This document shows, in pieces, positions 11,152 to 22,200 of a stretch of DNA of 64,000 nucleotides; position 1 is the stretch's first letter; every line of letters begins with the position of its first letter. This DNA comes from Verrucomicrobiia bacterium (lineage in GTDB: Bacteria > Verrucomicrobiota > Verrucomicrobiia > Limisphaerales > UBA1319). The stretch is taken from contig OY760937.1 of the NCBI GenBank assembly GCA_963664225.1, forward strand, positions 1,632,001 through 1,696,000, in the 5' to 3' direction. The notes beneath the pieces are model-generated. The model was not told the origin of the DNA, did no database searches, and saw only the letters and a program-made list of their open reading frames with translations. The position numbers and the translations under genes were made by a program.

Positions 11152-12006
11152 TCACCGGCCTGTGGTGATCCGCGCCAGCAATGTCGCGGCGTCGCGGTAA
11201 TCCGGCACCACCACGTCCGCGCCCACGCCCAGCAACCGTTTGCGCTTCCACTCGTCCATGCGGCCCGATCCGTTATTCGCCTCGTCACTCGCCACCGCCA
11301 CGGCCAGGCCTCCAGCCTCCTTCGTATTCTCAATCTCCACGTAACCGTCCCCGAATGAGAGCAGACGCTCGCCGGGAATGCGATTATCCTTGAGCAATTT
11401 TTCGATCACCATCTTTTTGGAAAAACTCCGGTAATCGTCTTTCGCTCCGTAAATGTGCGGGCCGAAATAACGGGCCACATCCAGCAGCGCTGCCTCCTGC
11501 TTCACGTATTCCTCGTCGGTGCCGCTGGCCAGATACAGGGTAAATCCCCGCGCGCGCAACAGTTCAAGCAAGGCCCGCGCCCCATGCACCAGCCAGTCAT
11601 CGGTCCTGGCCCGGCCCTGACGCAATCCCTCGATCCGGTCCGCGATCCGCGCGTCCAATCGTGCCAGATATTCCCGTTTGTACCACAGCGGATCCTGGGG
11701 TGTGCCTCCGCGCTCGCGCACCCGCTCGGCAAACTTGATCATTTGGTAGATCGTCTGCTTGCCGTTGAGGCTCATGATGTCGTCATCCAGCATCTGCCGC
11801 AGCGCGGGCTCGGATTCACCTGCCTTGCGCGGCAGCATCTCAAGGAACATCGGCAACATCACCTCGGGCCATCCCTGCCGCAGCAGTGATAGCGTGCCGT
11901 CAAAATCAAACAGAACGTGGCTCGCCAGCGGCCTCGGCTTGAATCCCGCGCTGAATTCCACCAGCCCCGTGAATGGCATCGGTTCAATCATGATTTTGTG
12001 TCCCAA
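11152..12006 (-). CDS. HAD-family hydrolase
   Basis: FDFDGTL motif I, ASGT motif II, FGDG motif IV. Confidence 0.85.
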   Translation of the reverse strand: MGHKIMIEPMPFTGLVEFSAGFKPRPLASHVLFDFDGTLSLLRQGWPEVMLPMFLEMLPRKAGESEPALRQMLDDDIMSLNGKQTIYQMIKFAERVRERGGTPQDPLWYKREYLARLDARIADRIEGLRQGRARTDDWLVHGARALLELLRARGFTLYLASGTDEEYVKQEAALLDVARYFGPHIYGAKDDYRSFSKKMVIEKLLKDNRIPGERLLSFGDGYVEIENTKEAGGLAVAVASDEANNGSGRMDEWKRKRLLGVGADVVVPDYRDAATLLARITTGR

Positions 12007-12058
12007 TTAATGAATCGTCCAAATTTCAATGCCGGGAACCATCATGGCCCCCGCGTCT

Positions 12059-12099
12059 AAAAAAAAACGGACACCGGCTACTCAGTAACCAGTGCCCGT
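12059..12099 (-). terminator. Rho-independent terminator after asd
   Basis: Minus strand ACGGGCACTGGTTAC-TGA-GTAGCCGGTGTCCGT followed by a T run. Confidence 0.8.
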
Positions 12100-12127
12100 G
12101 AAGAAACCAAACCTGTATCGCAGGCGC

Positions 12128-13132
12128 TTAATGCACCAGCAACTCGGCGATCTGGACCGCGTTCAGCGCCGCGCCCTTCAAAAGCTGGTCGCCGGAAACC
12201 CAGAAGCAGAGCCCGTTATCCATCGCGCAATCCATGCGCATGCGTCCCACGGCGCAATTGTATTTCCCGGCCTGATAAAGCGGCAGCGGATACTCGTTCC
12301 TGGACGGATCGTCGATCAGGTCCAGACCCGGGGCCTTTTTGAGCACTTCACGCGCCGCCGCCACACTCACCGGCTTTTCAAATTCCGCCGTCACCGCGAT
12401 CGAATGCGCCCGATACACCGGCACGCGCACGCAGGTCACGCTGGCGCGGAATTGAGGATGGTGCATGATCTTGCGCCCCTCATTCTCCATCTTCATTTCT
12501 TCCTTCGTATAGCCCGTGGGCAGGAAGGAATCCACATGCGGTATCACATTGAACGCGATCTGATGCGGATACACCTCGTGGGTGGCCGTTTCGCCCTTGA
12601 CCGTCTGGGCCACCTGTCGGCGCAGTTCCTCGATGGCCTTTGCGCCCGTGCCCGAAACCGCCTGATAACTCGAGGCAAAAATCCGCTTCACCCCAAACGC
12701 CTGATGCAACGGATACAACGCCATCAAGGTGATGGCCGTCGTGCAATTCGGATTGGCAATGATGCCCTTGTGCCCCTTGATGTCCGCGCCATTGACCTCC
12801 GGCACCACCAATGGAACGGTGGGGTCCATGCGAAACGCGCTGGAGTTATCGATCACCACGCAGCCCGCCTTTGCGGCCAGAGGCGCGAATTCCTTGCTGA
12901 TGCTTCCACCCGCGCTGAACAACGCGATGTCTATCCCCGCAAAGGACGTGTGCGTGAGTTCCTTGACCGTGATCGTCTGCCCCTTGAACTTCAACGTTTT
13001 GCCCACGCTGCGAGCGGAGGCGAGCAACGTTAACTGACCTACTGGAAAATTGCGCTTTTCCAGGGTCTCGATCATTTCCAAGCCGACAGCGCCCGTGGCG
13101 CCGACAACGGCTACATGCGGTTGAGAACTCAT
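12128..13132 (-). CDS. asd: Aspartate-semialdehyde dehydrogenase
   Basis: VAVVGATGAVG, IDNSSAFRM, NPNCTT, DQLLKGAALNAVQIAE motifs. Confidence 0.97.
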   Translation of the reverse strand: MSSQPHVAVVGATGAVGLEMIETLEKRNFPVGQLTLLASARSVGKTLKFKGQTITVKELTHTSFAGIDIALFSAGGSISKEFAPLAAKAGCVVIDNSSAFRMDPTVPLVVPEVNGADIKGHKGIIANPNCTTAITLMALYPLHQAFGVKRIFASSYQAVSGTGAKAIEELRRQVAQTVKGETATHEVYPHQIAFNVIPHVDSFLPTGYTKEEMKMENEGRKIMHHPQFRASVTCVRVPVYRAHSIAVTAEFEKPVSVAAAREVLKKAPGLDLIDDPSRNEYPLPLYQAGKYNCAVGRMRMDCAMDNGLCFWVSGDQLLKGAALNAVQIAELLVH

Positions 13133-13233
13133 ATTTTGTCCCATAAAACTGGGCGAATATACCCGGCAGGTCAAGGGTGTCAAACCTGTCATCGCGTGCA
13201 TGGCAAGCCAATCCCGGAACCAGCCCGCCACTT

Positions 13234-13971
13234 CTACGCCGTTTTCGGCTTTCTCCGCGCGGTCAAAAACATCTCTTTCCCGACGCGCCGACATTCCACA
13301 AATTCAAACAGCCGGGCCTGCGCCAGTGTCTCCACGCCGCGTCCATCGGCAATGGTTGGTGCCTGCGCGCCACCGAAGACAATCGGACACACCGTCACAT
13401 GCACCTCATCCACCAGGTCTGCCGCGAACAACGCCCCGTTCAATTCGCCCCCACCCTCGCACAGCAAACGTTCCACGTTCCATTCCCGGCGCAACCAGCG
13501 CAGTGCGGCGCGAAAATCGATGTCGTCCTCGCCAAACGCCTCCACTGCATCCGCCACTTGGCGCAGAGCCTTGACCTTCGCCTGCGGTGCATTGCCCTTG
13601 GTCAGTACAATAATGGGTGAAAAACGATGGCGAAAAATCTCGGCCTCGGGGGAAATGGACGCGCTGCCGCTGACAACCACGCGCAGGTTGTATTCCGCCA
13701 ATCCGGCCCGCAGACGCGCCTCGCGGTATTTTTTGCCACCCGGCCCCAGAGTGATGGGCTCCGTTGCCAGCGTGCCCGCCCCCGCCATCACGGCATCGGC
13801 CTGGGAACGCAATTCCAGCAAATGTTGCTGATCCCGTTTGCTGCCAAAAGAGACCACGGAACGATTGGCCGTGGTGATCTTGCCGTCGGCGCTCATGGCC
13901 ATGTTGATGAAGACAAACGGAAGTTCTCCCGACTCTGCCAAATCCTCCGGTGACTTTTTCTTCCGACTCAT
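13234..13971 (-). CDS. RibD C-terminal / pyrimidine reductase-like protein
   Basis: NMAMSADGKI, DAVMAGAGT, LLCEGGGELN...LVDEVHVTVCPIVFGG. Confidence 0.85.
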   Translation of the reverse strand: MSRKKKSPEDLAESGELPFVFINMAMSADGKITTANRSVVSFGSKRDQQHLLELRSQADAVMAGAGTLATEPITLGPGGKKYREARLRAGLAEYNLRVVVSGSASISPEAEIFRHRFSPIIVLTKGNAPQAKVKALRQVADAVEAFGEDDIDFRAALRWLRREWNVERLLCEGGGELNGALFAADLVDEVHVTVCPIVFGGAQAPTIADGRGVETLAQARLFEFVECRRVGKEMFLTARRKPKTA

Positions 13972-13995
13972 GCAACAGCACCTCCTGGTACCGCC

Positions 13996-14613
13996 TTAAA
14001 TCCGGGATGCCGTGCCATCGTCCAGCGCTTTCGGAGGTCCGAATATGAGCGAAGCCACAAACGCCCGCCGCAAATCCTCCCGACCGTGAAAGTCCTTGCG
14101 AATGGCGCTGACCGGCCGTGCCGATGCCACCGCCAGGGGCGCGTGCGTGACCGCTCCGCGCAATTCGCCCGCCTTGTGAATGCGTTCCAGCACCGTTTCC
14201 TGCAAATGCCGGGCCGCGCGAACGGTATCCGCCGCATGTTCCAGCGCGCCGGTCTGATGCTCCACGACGGGCGCGGGTTCCGAAATAATAATGGGTGCGG
14301 GCCGGGGTGTCGGCCGAACAACGACCAGCGGTGGGGGCGGGACCACAGGCGGCGCCGGTTGTGACGGCGGCATGTCGAGCATCCGACGCAACTCCTCCTC
14401 CCAATCCACCGGAACATTTTGCTGAGGGCGCCGGACCGGTGGGGGTGTCTGTTCCTCCCAATCCGTGGGCATCTCCTGCTCGGGACGCCGTGTCGGCGCG
14501 CCCACCGGAGGCCGACCTTGATTGCGCTCCTCCTCCGCCTGGGCTCTCTTCTTCAACCAACTCGAAATGCCCGAGACGATCAGCAGCGCTACAACTATAA
14601 GCAGTTGATCCAT
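13996..14613 (-). CDS. Membrane-anchored proline-rich protein (YqfB-position partner of FloA)
   Basis: N-terminal TM, Pro-rich linker, C-terminal DLRRAFVASLIFGPPKAL; directly follows floA. Confidence 0.65.
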   Translation of the reverse strand: MDQLLIVVALLIVSGISSWLKKRAQAEEERNQGRPPVGAPTRRPEQEMPTDWEEQTPPPVRRPQQNVPVDWEEELRRMLDMPPSQPAPPVVPPPPLVVVRPTPRPAPIIISEPAPVVEHQTGALEHAADTVRAARHLQETVLERIHKAGELRGAVTHAPLAVASARPVSAIRKDFHGREDLRRAFVASLIFGPPKALDDGTASRI

Positions 14614-14632
14614 GTGAACCGCCAGGTTTACA

Positions 14633-15697
14633 TCATGGCTGGCCTGATTTGCCCTTCATCTCAGGAGGATTTCCGGAACCGGCCAGGCTGTCGCGCATCG
14701 ATGTATCCGCCTGAATATTCTTCATGCGGTAATAATCCATGATGCCCATGTTTCCTTTGCGGAACGCCTCGGCCATCGCCAGCGGCACCTGCGCCTCGGC
14801 CTCGACCACCCGCGCGCGCATCTCTTGAACACGCGCCACCATTTCCTGCTCCACCGCCACAGCGGCGGTGCGGCGCACTTCCGCCTGGGCCTGAGCGATC
14901 AATTTGTTGGCCTCGGCCTGCTCGGCCTGCAACTTCGCGCCCACGTTTTCGCCAACGCCGACTTCCGCGATATCGATGGAAAGAATTTCAAACGCCGTAT
15001 TGCTATCGAGTCCCTTTTCCAAAACCGTTTTCGAAATGCGATCCGGCTTTTCCAAAACCTCTTTGTACGATGCCGCCGAACCAATCGTGGAGACAATGCC
15101 TTCACCCACGCGGGCGATGATCGTTTCCTCCGTGGCGCCGCCGACAAATCGGTCCAGGTTCGTGCGCACCGTCACCCTGGCGCGGGCCTTGATCACAATG
15201 CCGTCCTTGGCCACGGCGTCGATCACCGATTTGCCCGCCGCAGGGTTGGGGCAATCGATGACTTTGGGATTCACGGAAGTTTTCACGGCCTCGAGCACGG
15301 TCTTGCCGGTGCCCTTGGTCGCCAGGTCGATGGCGCAGGCGCGGTCGAACACCAGGTGAATCGCCGCCTTCTGCGCGGCGATGAGTGCCTGCACGACCAT
15401 GGTGACATTGCCGCCCGCCAGGTAATGCGTCGAGAGATCGTCGATGGAAATCTTCAGCCCCGATTTCACGGCCGTGATCCGGTTATCCACCACCATGCCG
15501 ACAGGCACGCTGCGCAGACGCAGGGCAATCAACTCCGTGAATTTCACGGGCGCGCCGGAAAACAAGGCCCGTATCCAGATACTGAAGAAGCTGATCACGA
15601 GAATCACGATGACCAGCGCGATCAACAAGGCAAATGCCAGGAGAATCAGTGTTCCCGTGTTGCCGCCAATATTTATTTCACCCATGAGCATGTTCAT
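14633..15697 (-). CDS. floA: Flotillin-like protein FloA (YqfA/UPF0365)
   Basis: [62 protein letters not shown]. Confidence 0.93.
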   Translation of the reverse strand: MNMLMGEINIGGNTGTLILLAFALLIALVIVILVISFFSIWIRALFSGAPVKFTELIALRLRSVPVGMVVDNRITAVKSGLKISIDDLSTHYLAGGNVTMVVQALIAAQKAAIHLVFDRACAIDLATKGTGKTVLEAVKTSVNPKVIDCPNPAAGKSVIDAVAKDGIVIKARARVTVRTNLDRFVGGATEETIIARVGEGIVSTIGSAASYKEVLEKPDRISKTVLEKGLDSNTAFEILSIDIAEVGVGENVGAKLQAEQAEANKLIAQAQAEVRRTAAVAVEQEMVARVQEMRARVVEAEAQVPLAMAEAFRKGNMGIMDYYRMKNIQADTSMRDSLAGSGNPPEMKGKSGQP

Positions 15698-15701
15698 AAA
15701 A

Positions 15702-16196
15702 TTATTCCTTCCTGTCTTCCACTGTCACCGCCGCCTTTACCTCCACCGCGCGCACCACCACCCGCGAGCCTTCCACCGCGATCACCCGCACAGCCTCCCC
15801 TTTTTCGATCAGCGCCCCCTCCGCCACCACGTCCACCCGGTGTCCGGCGATCATCGCCACGCCCGAGGGCCGCAACTGCGTTAGAGCCGTTCCCGTCTGA
15901 TTGAGAAGCTGTCCGCGCTCCACCCCCAGATCCCCCACCGTTTGATCGGAAACGAAAAGTCGCGCCGCCCGGCTCGTCGGAAAATAACGCAAATAAAGCG
16001 CGGCTCCAGTCACTAATCCCACCACCACTATTAGCAGCACCCCGTTTCCTGTGTGCGTGCCAAATCGCATGTACGCCACGGTCACGCCCCACACCAGGCA
16101 AACGAAACCCACCATGCCTGCAATCAATCCGGGTAAAACGGTCTCGAGCAGCAATAATACCGCGCCCACTACGATGAGAGTAACCACCAATGCCAT
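15702..16196 (-). CDS. Short NfeD-family protein (TM segments + OB fold)
   Basis: Hydrophobic N-terminus, [11 protein letters not shown]...[16 protein letters not shown]; upstream of floA. Confidence 0.85.
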   Translation of the reverse strand: MALVVTLIVVGAVLLLLETVLPGLIAGMVGFVCLVWGVTVAYMRFGTHTGNGVLLIVVVGLVTGAALYLRYFPTSRAARLFVSDQTVGDLGVERGQLLNQTGTALTQLRPSGVAMIAGHRVDVVAEGALIEKGEAVRVIAVEGSRVVVRAVEVKAAVTVEDRKE

Positions 16197-16415
16197 TACA
16201 ACAATAATAGGTTCGAACCCAAAAACAAACAAGGCGAATATCAATTTCTGGATAACGGCTGGAGAAAATTTGAAAACCGGGGTAACCGCCAATGGCCACT
16301 GATGAGCAGGTATGGAGTCCCGGCTTTAGCCGGTGGAGCCATTGTAAAACCGGGCCGCTCGAATCGGTGGAAAACAACCCCGCATCCCGCGCCCCTCCAG
16401 CCTCGTCCACTCTCC

Positions 16416-17387
16416 TCAGCCTGCGGTGAGCCACTCGAGGACGGCGCACATCTGCTTGAGCCGGGGCATCGGAATTCCCCCGCTTTGCGCCCGCCGCAAA
16501 GGTTCCTTAAACAGGCTCTCCAATTCCAGCGGCAACCCCTTCTCAAAGTCCAGCAGCGTGCTGGCCCGATAGGATCCCATCACCCGGGTGCGCTCGATAT
16601 TCTCGTCCGCCAGGCGCATCTCCAGCGGATGACCTTGGGCGCGCGCCGCCGTTATGACCTCCACCATCAGTTCCCGCAACAAGGCGGTCCATCGCGCATC
16701 CGCCAGGAGCACATCCGTAGGCCATGTGGACCGCTTGGAATTGGGACGCGCGTCCGGCATGGGCGCGCCGGGAACAAGCGCTTCGTAACCCGCCGCCGCC
16801 GCCACGCCGAGTCCATTGAATGGAATATTCCACACGAGCTTCTCCCAATGCGCGCTGGCCATGTCATCGGTCAACCGGCAGGGAATGCGCGCCGCTTTAA
16901 AACTCTCCACCAACCGATGGGTGCGTTCCCCGGCGGCCCGACCGAATTCCCCGAGCACCACCAATCCATGCGCGGTGTGATGAATCACCCCGGGTGAAAC
17001 TCGATTCAGGCACACAAAGCATAGCCCGCACAAAATATTCTCCGGGCCAAACACCTCCGCCAGCTTCTCCTCGTTCCCCAATCCATTTTGCAGCGTCACG
17101 ATCAGCGTTTCCGGCCCGACCAATGGCGACATCAATTTCCGCAACTGATCGTTGGCCGTGGTTTTCAGGCCGATCAACACCAGGTCGGCCACACCGATTT
17201 GCTCCGGCGCGTTGGCGCAAAGGGGCTGCACCTCGAAATTCCCATCCACGCTCTTGATCCGCACGCCATGCCGCCGCACCGCATCGTAATCGCTGCGCAG
17301 CAGAAAATGCGTCTCATGGCCGCCCTGACAAAGCCGCGCGCCATAGAAACTCCCGATTGCTCCACATCCAACGACCGCAATTTTCAT
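16416..17387 (-). CDS. panE: 2-dehydropantoate 2-reductase
   Basis: KIAVVGCGAIG, TLQNGLG, WEKLVWNIPFN, STLLD...LELE. Confidence 0.88.
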   Translation of the reverse strand: MKIAVVGCGAIGSFYGARLCQGGHETHFLLRSDYDAVRRHGVRIKSVDGNFEVQPLCANAPEQIGVADLVLIGLKTTANDQLRKLMSPLVGPETLIVTLQNGLGNEEKLAEVFGPENILCGLCFVCLNRVSPGVIHHTAHGLVVLGEFGRAAGERTHRLVESFKAARIPCRLTDDMASAHWEKLVWNIPFNGLGVAAAAGYEALVPGAPMPDARPNSKRSTWPTDVLLADARWTALLRELMVEVITAARAQGHPLEMRLADENIERTRVMGSYRASTLLDFEKGLPLELESLFKEPLRRAQSGGIPMPRLKQMCAVLEWLTAG

Positions 17388-17471
17388 TTGAAACCTCTCA
17401 GAACGGCGCCGATCCCCGGGCCCGCTTCTGTTCCTGCGATTCTACACCCGGCCGGTTGGCGCTTCACCAAT

Positions 17472-17504
17472 AAAAAAACCGGACGCCGCAAAGCATCCGG
17501 TTTT
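17472..17504 (-). terminator. Rho-independent terminator after eno
   Basis: Minus strand AAAACCGGATGC-TTTGCG-GCGTCCGG followed by T7. Confidence 0.8.
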
Positions 17505-17540
17505 GAAATGGGATTCAGGGTGATTGCCCCGAACCGGCGA

Positions 17541-18824
<1,284 letters not shown>

Positions 18825-18909
18825 CTAAAGGTTCACCAAATGCGCCGCGAATCGTAAACGCCACCACGCCCCAGTCAAGGATGAAGCCATGCGCAAGTTT
18901 GCTCGGAAT

Positions 18910-19151
18910 GCACACCAGAATTCCTCAGAAAGCCGAAAAAGGCTTTAAAACGACATGGAAGTGCGTCCGATGCTTTGTCCTTGCAGGCCGGGTGCCCTCA
19001 CCCGGCGTCCGGAGAACGGCCCCACTCAACCGAATAATCTATCGCGCGATTCTTCTCTCTCGCCCCAAAACCTGAACTGGCACGAGTGGGAAGCGAGTTG
19101 GAGAGAGTTTCATTTATAGACCTGTTTTCTTACCGAATAATTTTGTCCTGC
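18910..19151. repeat. Degenerate copy of the MITE-like element at 33779-33976
   Basis: Shares CTCTCTCGCCCCAAAACCTGAA.TGGCACGAGTGGG...GTTGGAGAGAGTTTCATTTAT and right end AATTTTGTCCTGC. Left TIR matches 12/17. Extra hairpin at 18987-19006. Confidence 0.65.
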
Positions 19152-19250
19152 GCCCTAAATCGGGCATCAAGGCCATTTTGCGTTTACATTCTCGCGCCAC
19201 AATGCGTTCATCATTATTTCCTTGCCTTTTAACTACAATCTGCAATAAAT

Positions 19251-22200
19251 GTGCCTATTATGAACAGAATTCCCATATTTGTTCGGCAGATTCTCACTCG
19301 GCCTGGCTCCTTGTCTATTATTCGACGTCCCTCAATTGCGCGCTGGAGCCTCATCCCCATTCTCCTTTGTTTTCTTGGCGCGTTGTCCGCTCCAAGGGCT
19401 GCCACGTTCGGCGATTTCAACTACTTAAGCAATGATACATCCGTCATGATCACCCAATACATTGGCCCGGGTGGCAACGTGATCATTCCAGACACCATCG
19501 AGGGCAAACCAATCGCCGTCATCGGCAATGTTGCATTCTCGGGTTGCACCAACCTGACAGGCATCACGATCCCCAATGGCGTTAACGAAATTGGGATCAA
19601 GGCGTTCTTTGGATGCAAAGCCCTGACGGAACTCACAATCCCCAACAGTGTCGCCATTATTGGGAGTTCATCGTTCATTAACTGCAGCAGTCTCACCAAT
19701 ATCACGCTTCCCAATACGCTGACCAGCATCAGCGCCCTGTCGTTTTCTGGTTGCTTGAAACTGCCCTTTATCGCGATTCCAGACAGTGTCACCAACATTG
19801 GGGACAATGCGTTCAGTGGCTGCGCCAGTTTAACAAGTGTCACAATACCCGCCGGCGTCTCAAAGATTGGTTATCAGGCATTCTTAGGATGCAATAACCT
19901 GGTGGCATTCACTGTGAATCCTCTGAATGTGGCTTATACAAGTGTTGATGGGGTGCTCTTCGATAAAAACCAGACTTCCCTGATTCAATGCCCGACGGTT
20001 AAGACCGGAGACTATACGCCTCCCAACAGCGTGACGAGCGTTGGAGATTATGCATTCGCTGACTGTATTGGCCTGACGAATATTGCGCTCCCCAGCGCGG
20101 TCACAAACATTGGCAATTTTGCGTTCGCTCGCTGCGCCAATTTAACGAGCGCACCCATCACGGCTGGCCTCACCGTCATTGGGGCTGGCACATTCTCCGA
20201 TTGCGTCAGGTTTTCCAACATCGAACTTCCCGCCAAAATCCTGAAAATCCTGGACGGGGCGTTCTCTGGATGTGCGGCAGTGACGAATATCACAATCGGC
20301 GCTGGCACCACCAGGATCGGGGCTATGGCATTCTTTGGTTGCAACAACCTGATGGCGTTTACAGTGGACCCCCTGAATAAGGCCTTTTGTAGCCTGGATG
20401 GGGCATTATTCAGTAAAAACGAGAATTTGCTCATTCAATGTCCGGCCACAAGGATTGGAAACTACATGATCCCAAACAGCGTCAAAATCATCCAGGATAC
20501 CGCATTTTTTGGCTGCTCTCGCCTGACAGCCATTACGGTGGACGACCTCAACACCGCCTTTTACAGCAGAGATGGCGTATTGTTTGACAAAGGGCTAAAA
20601 AGTCTCGTTGCATGCCCTGCTGGCAAGACTGGAACTTACTCGATTGACAACAGTATATACAGAATATCCAGTTTTGCATTCTCTGGCTGCAGTCGCCTGA
20701 CGAATATCATTTTTCCAAGTCGCATTTCGACGGTCTTCAGCAATGCGTTTATTGATTGCACCGGCCTGACAAGCATCAACCTCCCATACAATTGCAGTGC
20801 CGTCACCCCTTATATGTTCTCAGGTTGCACTGGGTTGGAGAGCGTCATCATCCCCAGTCATGTTGGTGGTGTTTTCGCTACGGCATTCAACAACTGCACG
20901 AACTTGTCGGATCTCTATTTTCAGGGCAACAAACCAACATTCGTAACCGAAGGAACAAATAACACTCTATTTGATGGCGCCTTGCATGCCACCGTATATT
21001 ACCGCGCTGGAACCACAGGTTGGGACACTAGCTTCGGCGGCTGGCCTGCCGCGATATGGCTGGATCCGCAAGCGTCCGATTTTGGCTGGAATCAAACAGG
21101 GCCGGCTGTCACCATAACTAATTACAGCGGTTCGGGCGGGAACGCAGCCATCCCGGCCACAATCTTTGGCTATGCTGTCACCAGCATCGGGGATTCTGCG
21201 TTCGCTGGCCAAACCAACCTGGCGAGCCTCACAATTCCCAACGGCGTGACCAATATTGGGGCCTCATCGTTCGCTGGCTGCACAAGCCTGACGAATGTTA
21301 TCGTCCCAGGCAGCATGACAACCATCAGTGTCACCGCATTCGATGGTTGCAACGGCCTGACAAGTGTCTCTTTTGATGGCAATGCGCCGACAGTCACCGG
21401 TAATGGCGATCTATTCGCCAATTCCCCCAATGCGACAGTGTATTACACCACAGGATCAACAGGCTGGAGTGATACTTTTGGAGGAAGACCAACGGCGCCA
21501 TTGAGTTACCCCGATACTCACTATTTTATCTACGCCAGTAATCATTCCGGTCTGACCATAACCGGTTACAACGGTTCCGGCGGGAACGTCATCATTCCAA
21601 GTGCAATTTCCGGTTATTCTGTTACCGGCATCGGGGATTATGCGTTCGCTGGCCAAACCAACCTGGCGAGCATCACGATTCCAAACGGGGTGACCACCAT
21701 CGGGGATTATGCGTTCAAAGGATGCGTCGGTTTAACGTCAGTCGCGATTCCCGACAGTATCACAAGCATGGGAGGCGGTGTTTTTTCAGGCTGCTATGGA
21801 CTGACATCCGCCCTTCTGCCCGGCAAACTTGGCAACATCGGATTTGAAACCTTCTTCAACTGTACAAATTTGACGAACGCCAGAATTGACCCCGGCGTTA
21901 CCAATATCGGGAACTCCGCCTTCTTTTATTGCGCCAATCTGACAAACATCACCATCCCCTCCAGTGTGACAACGATTGGGTCCTATGCGTTCAGTGGATG
22001 CGCGGCGCTACCCAGTGTGACCTTGTTCAACGGTGTCACAAACATTGGGAATTGGGTTTTTAGCGGGGACATCGGATTAACGAACATCACGATTCCCGAA
22101 AGCGTCACGGACATCGGCCTGTACGCATTCCAGGGCTGCACTAATCTGGCAGGCGTTGCAATCCCTGCCGGTGTCTCCATACTGCGCGAAGGCGCATTCA

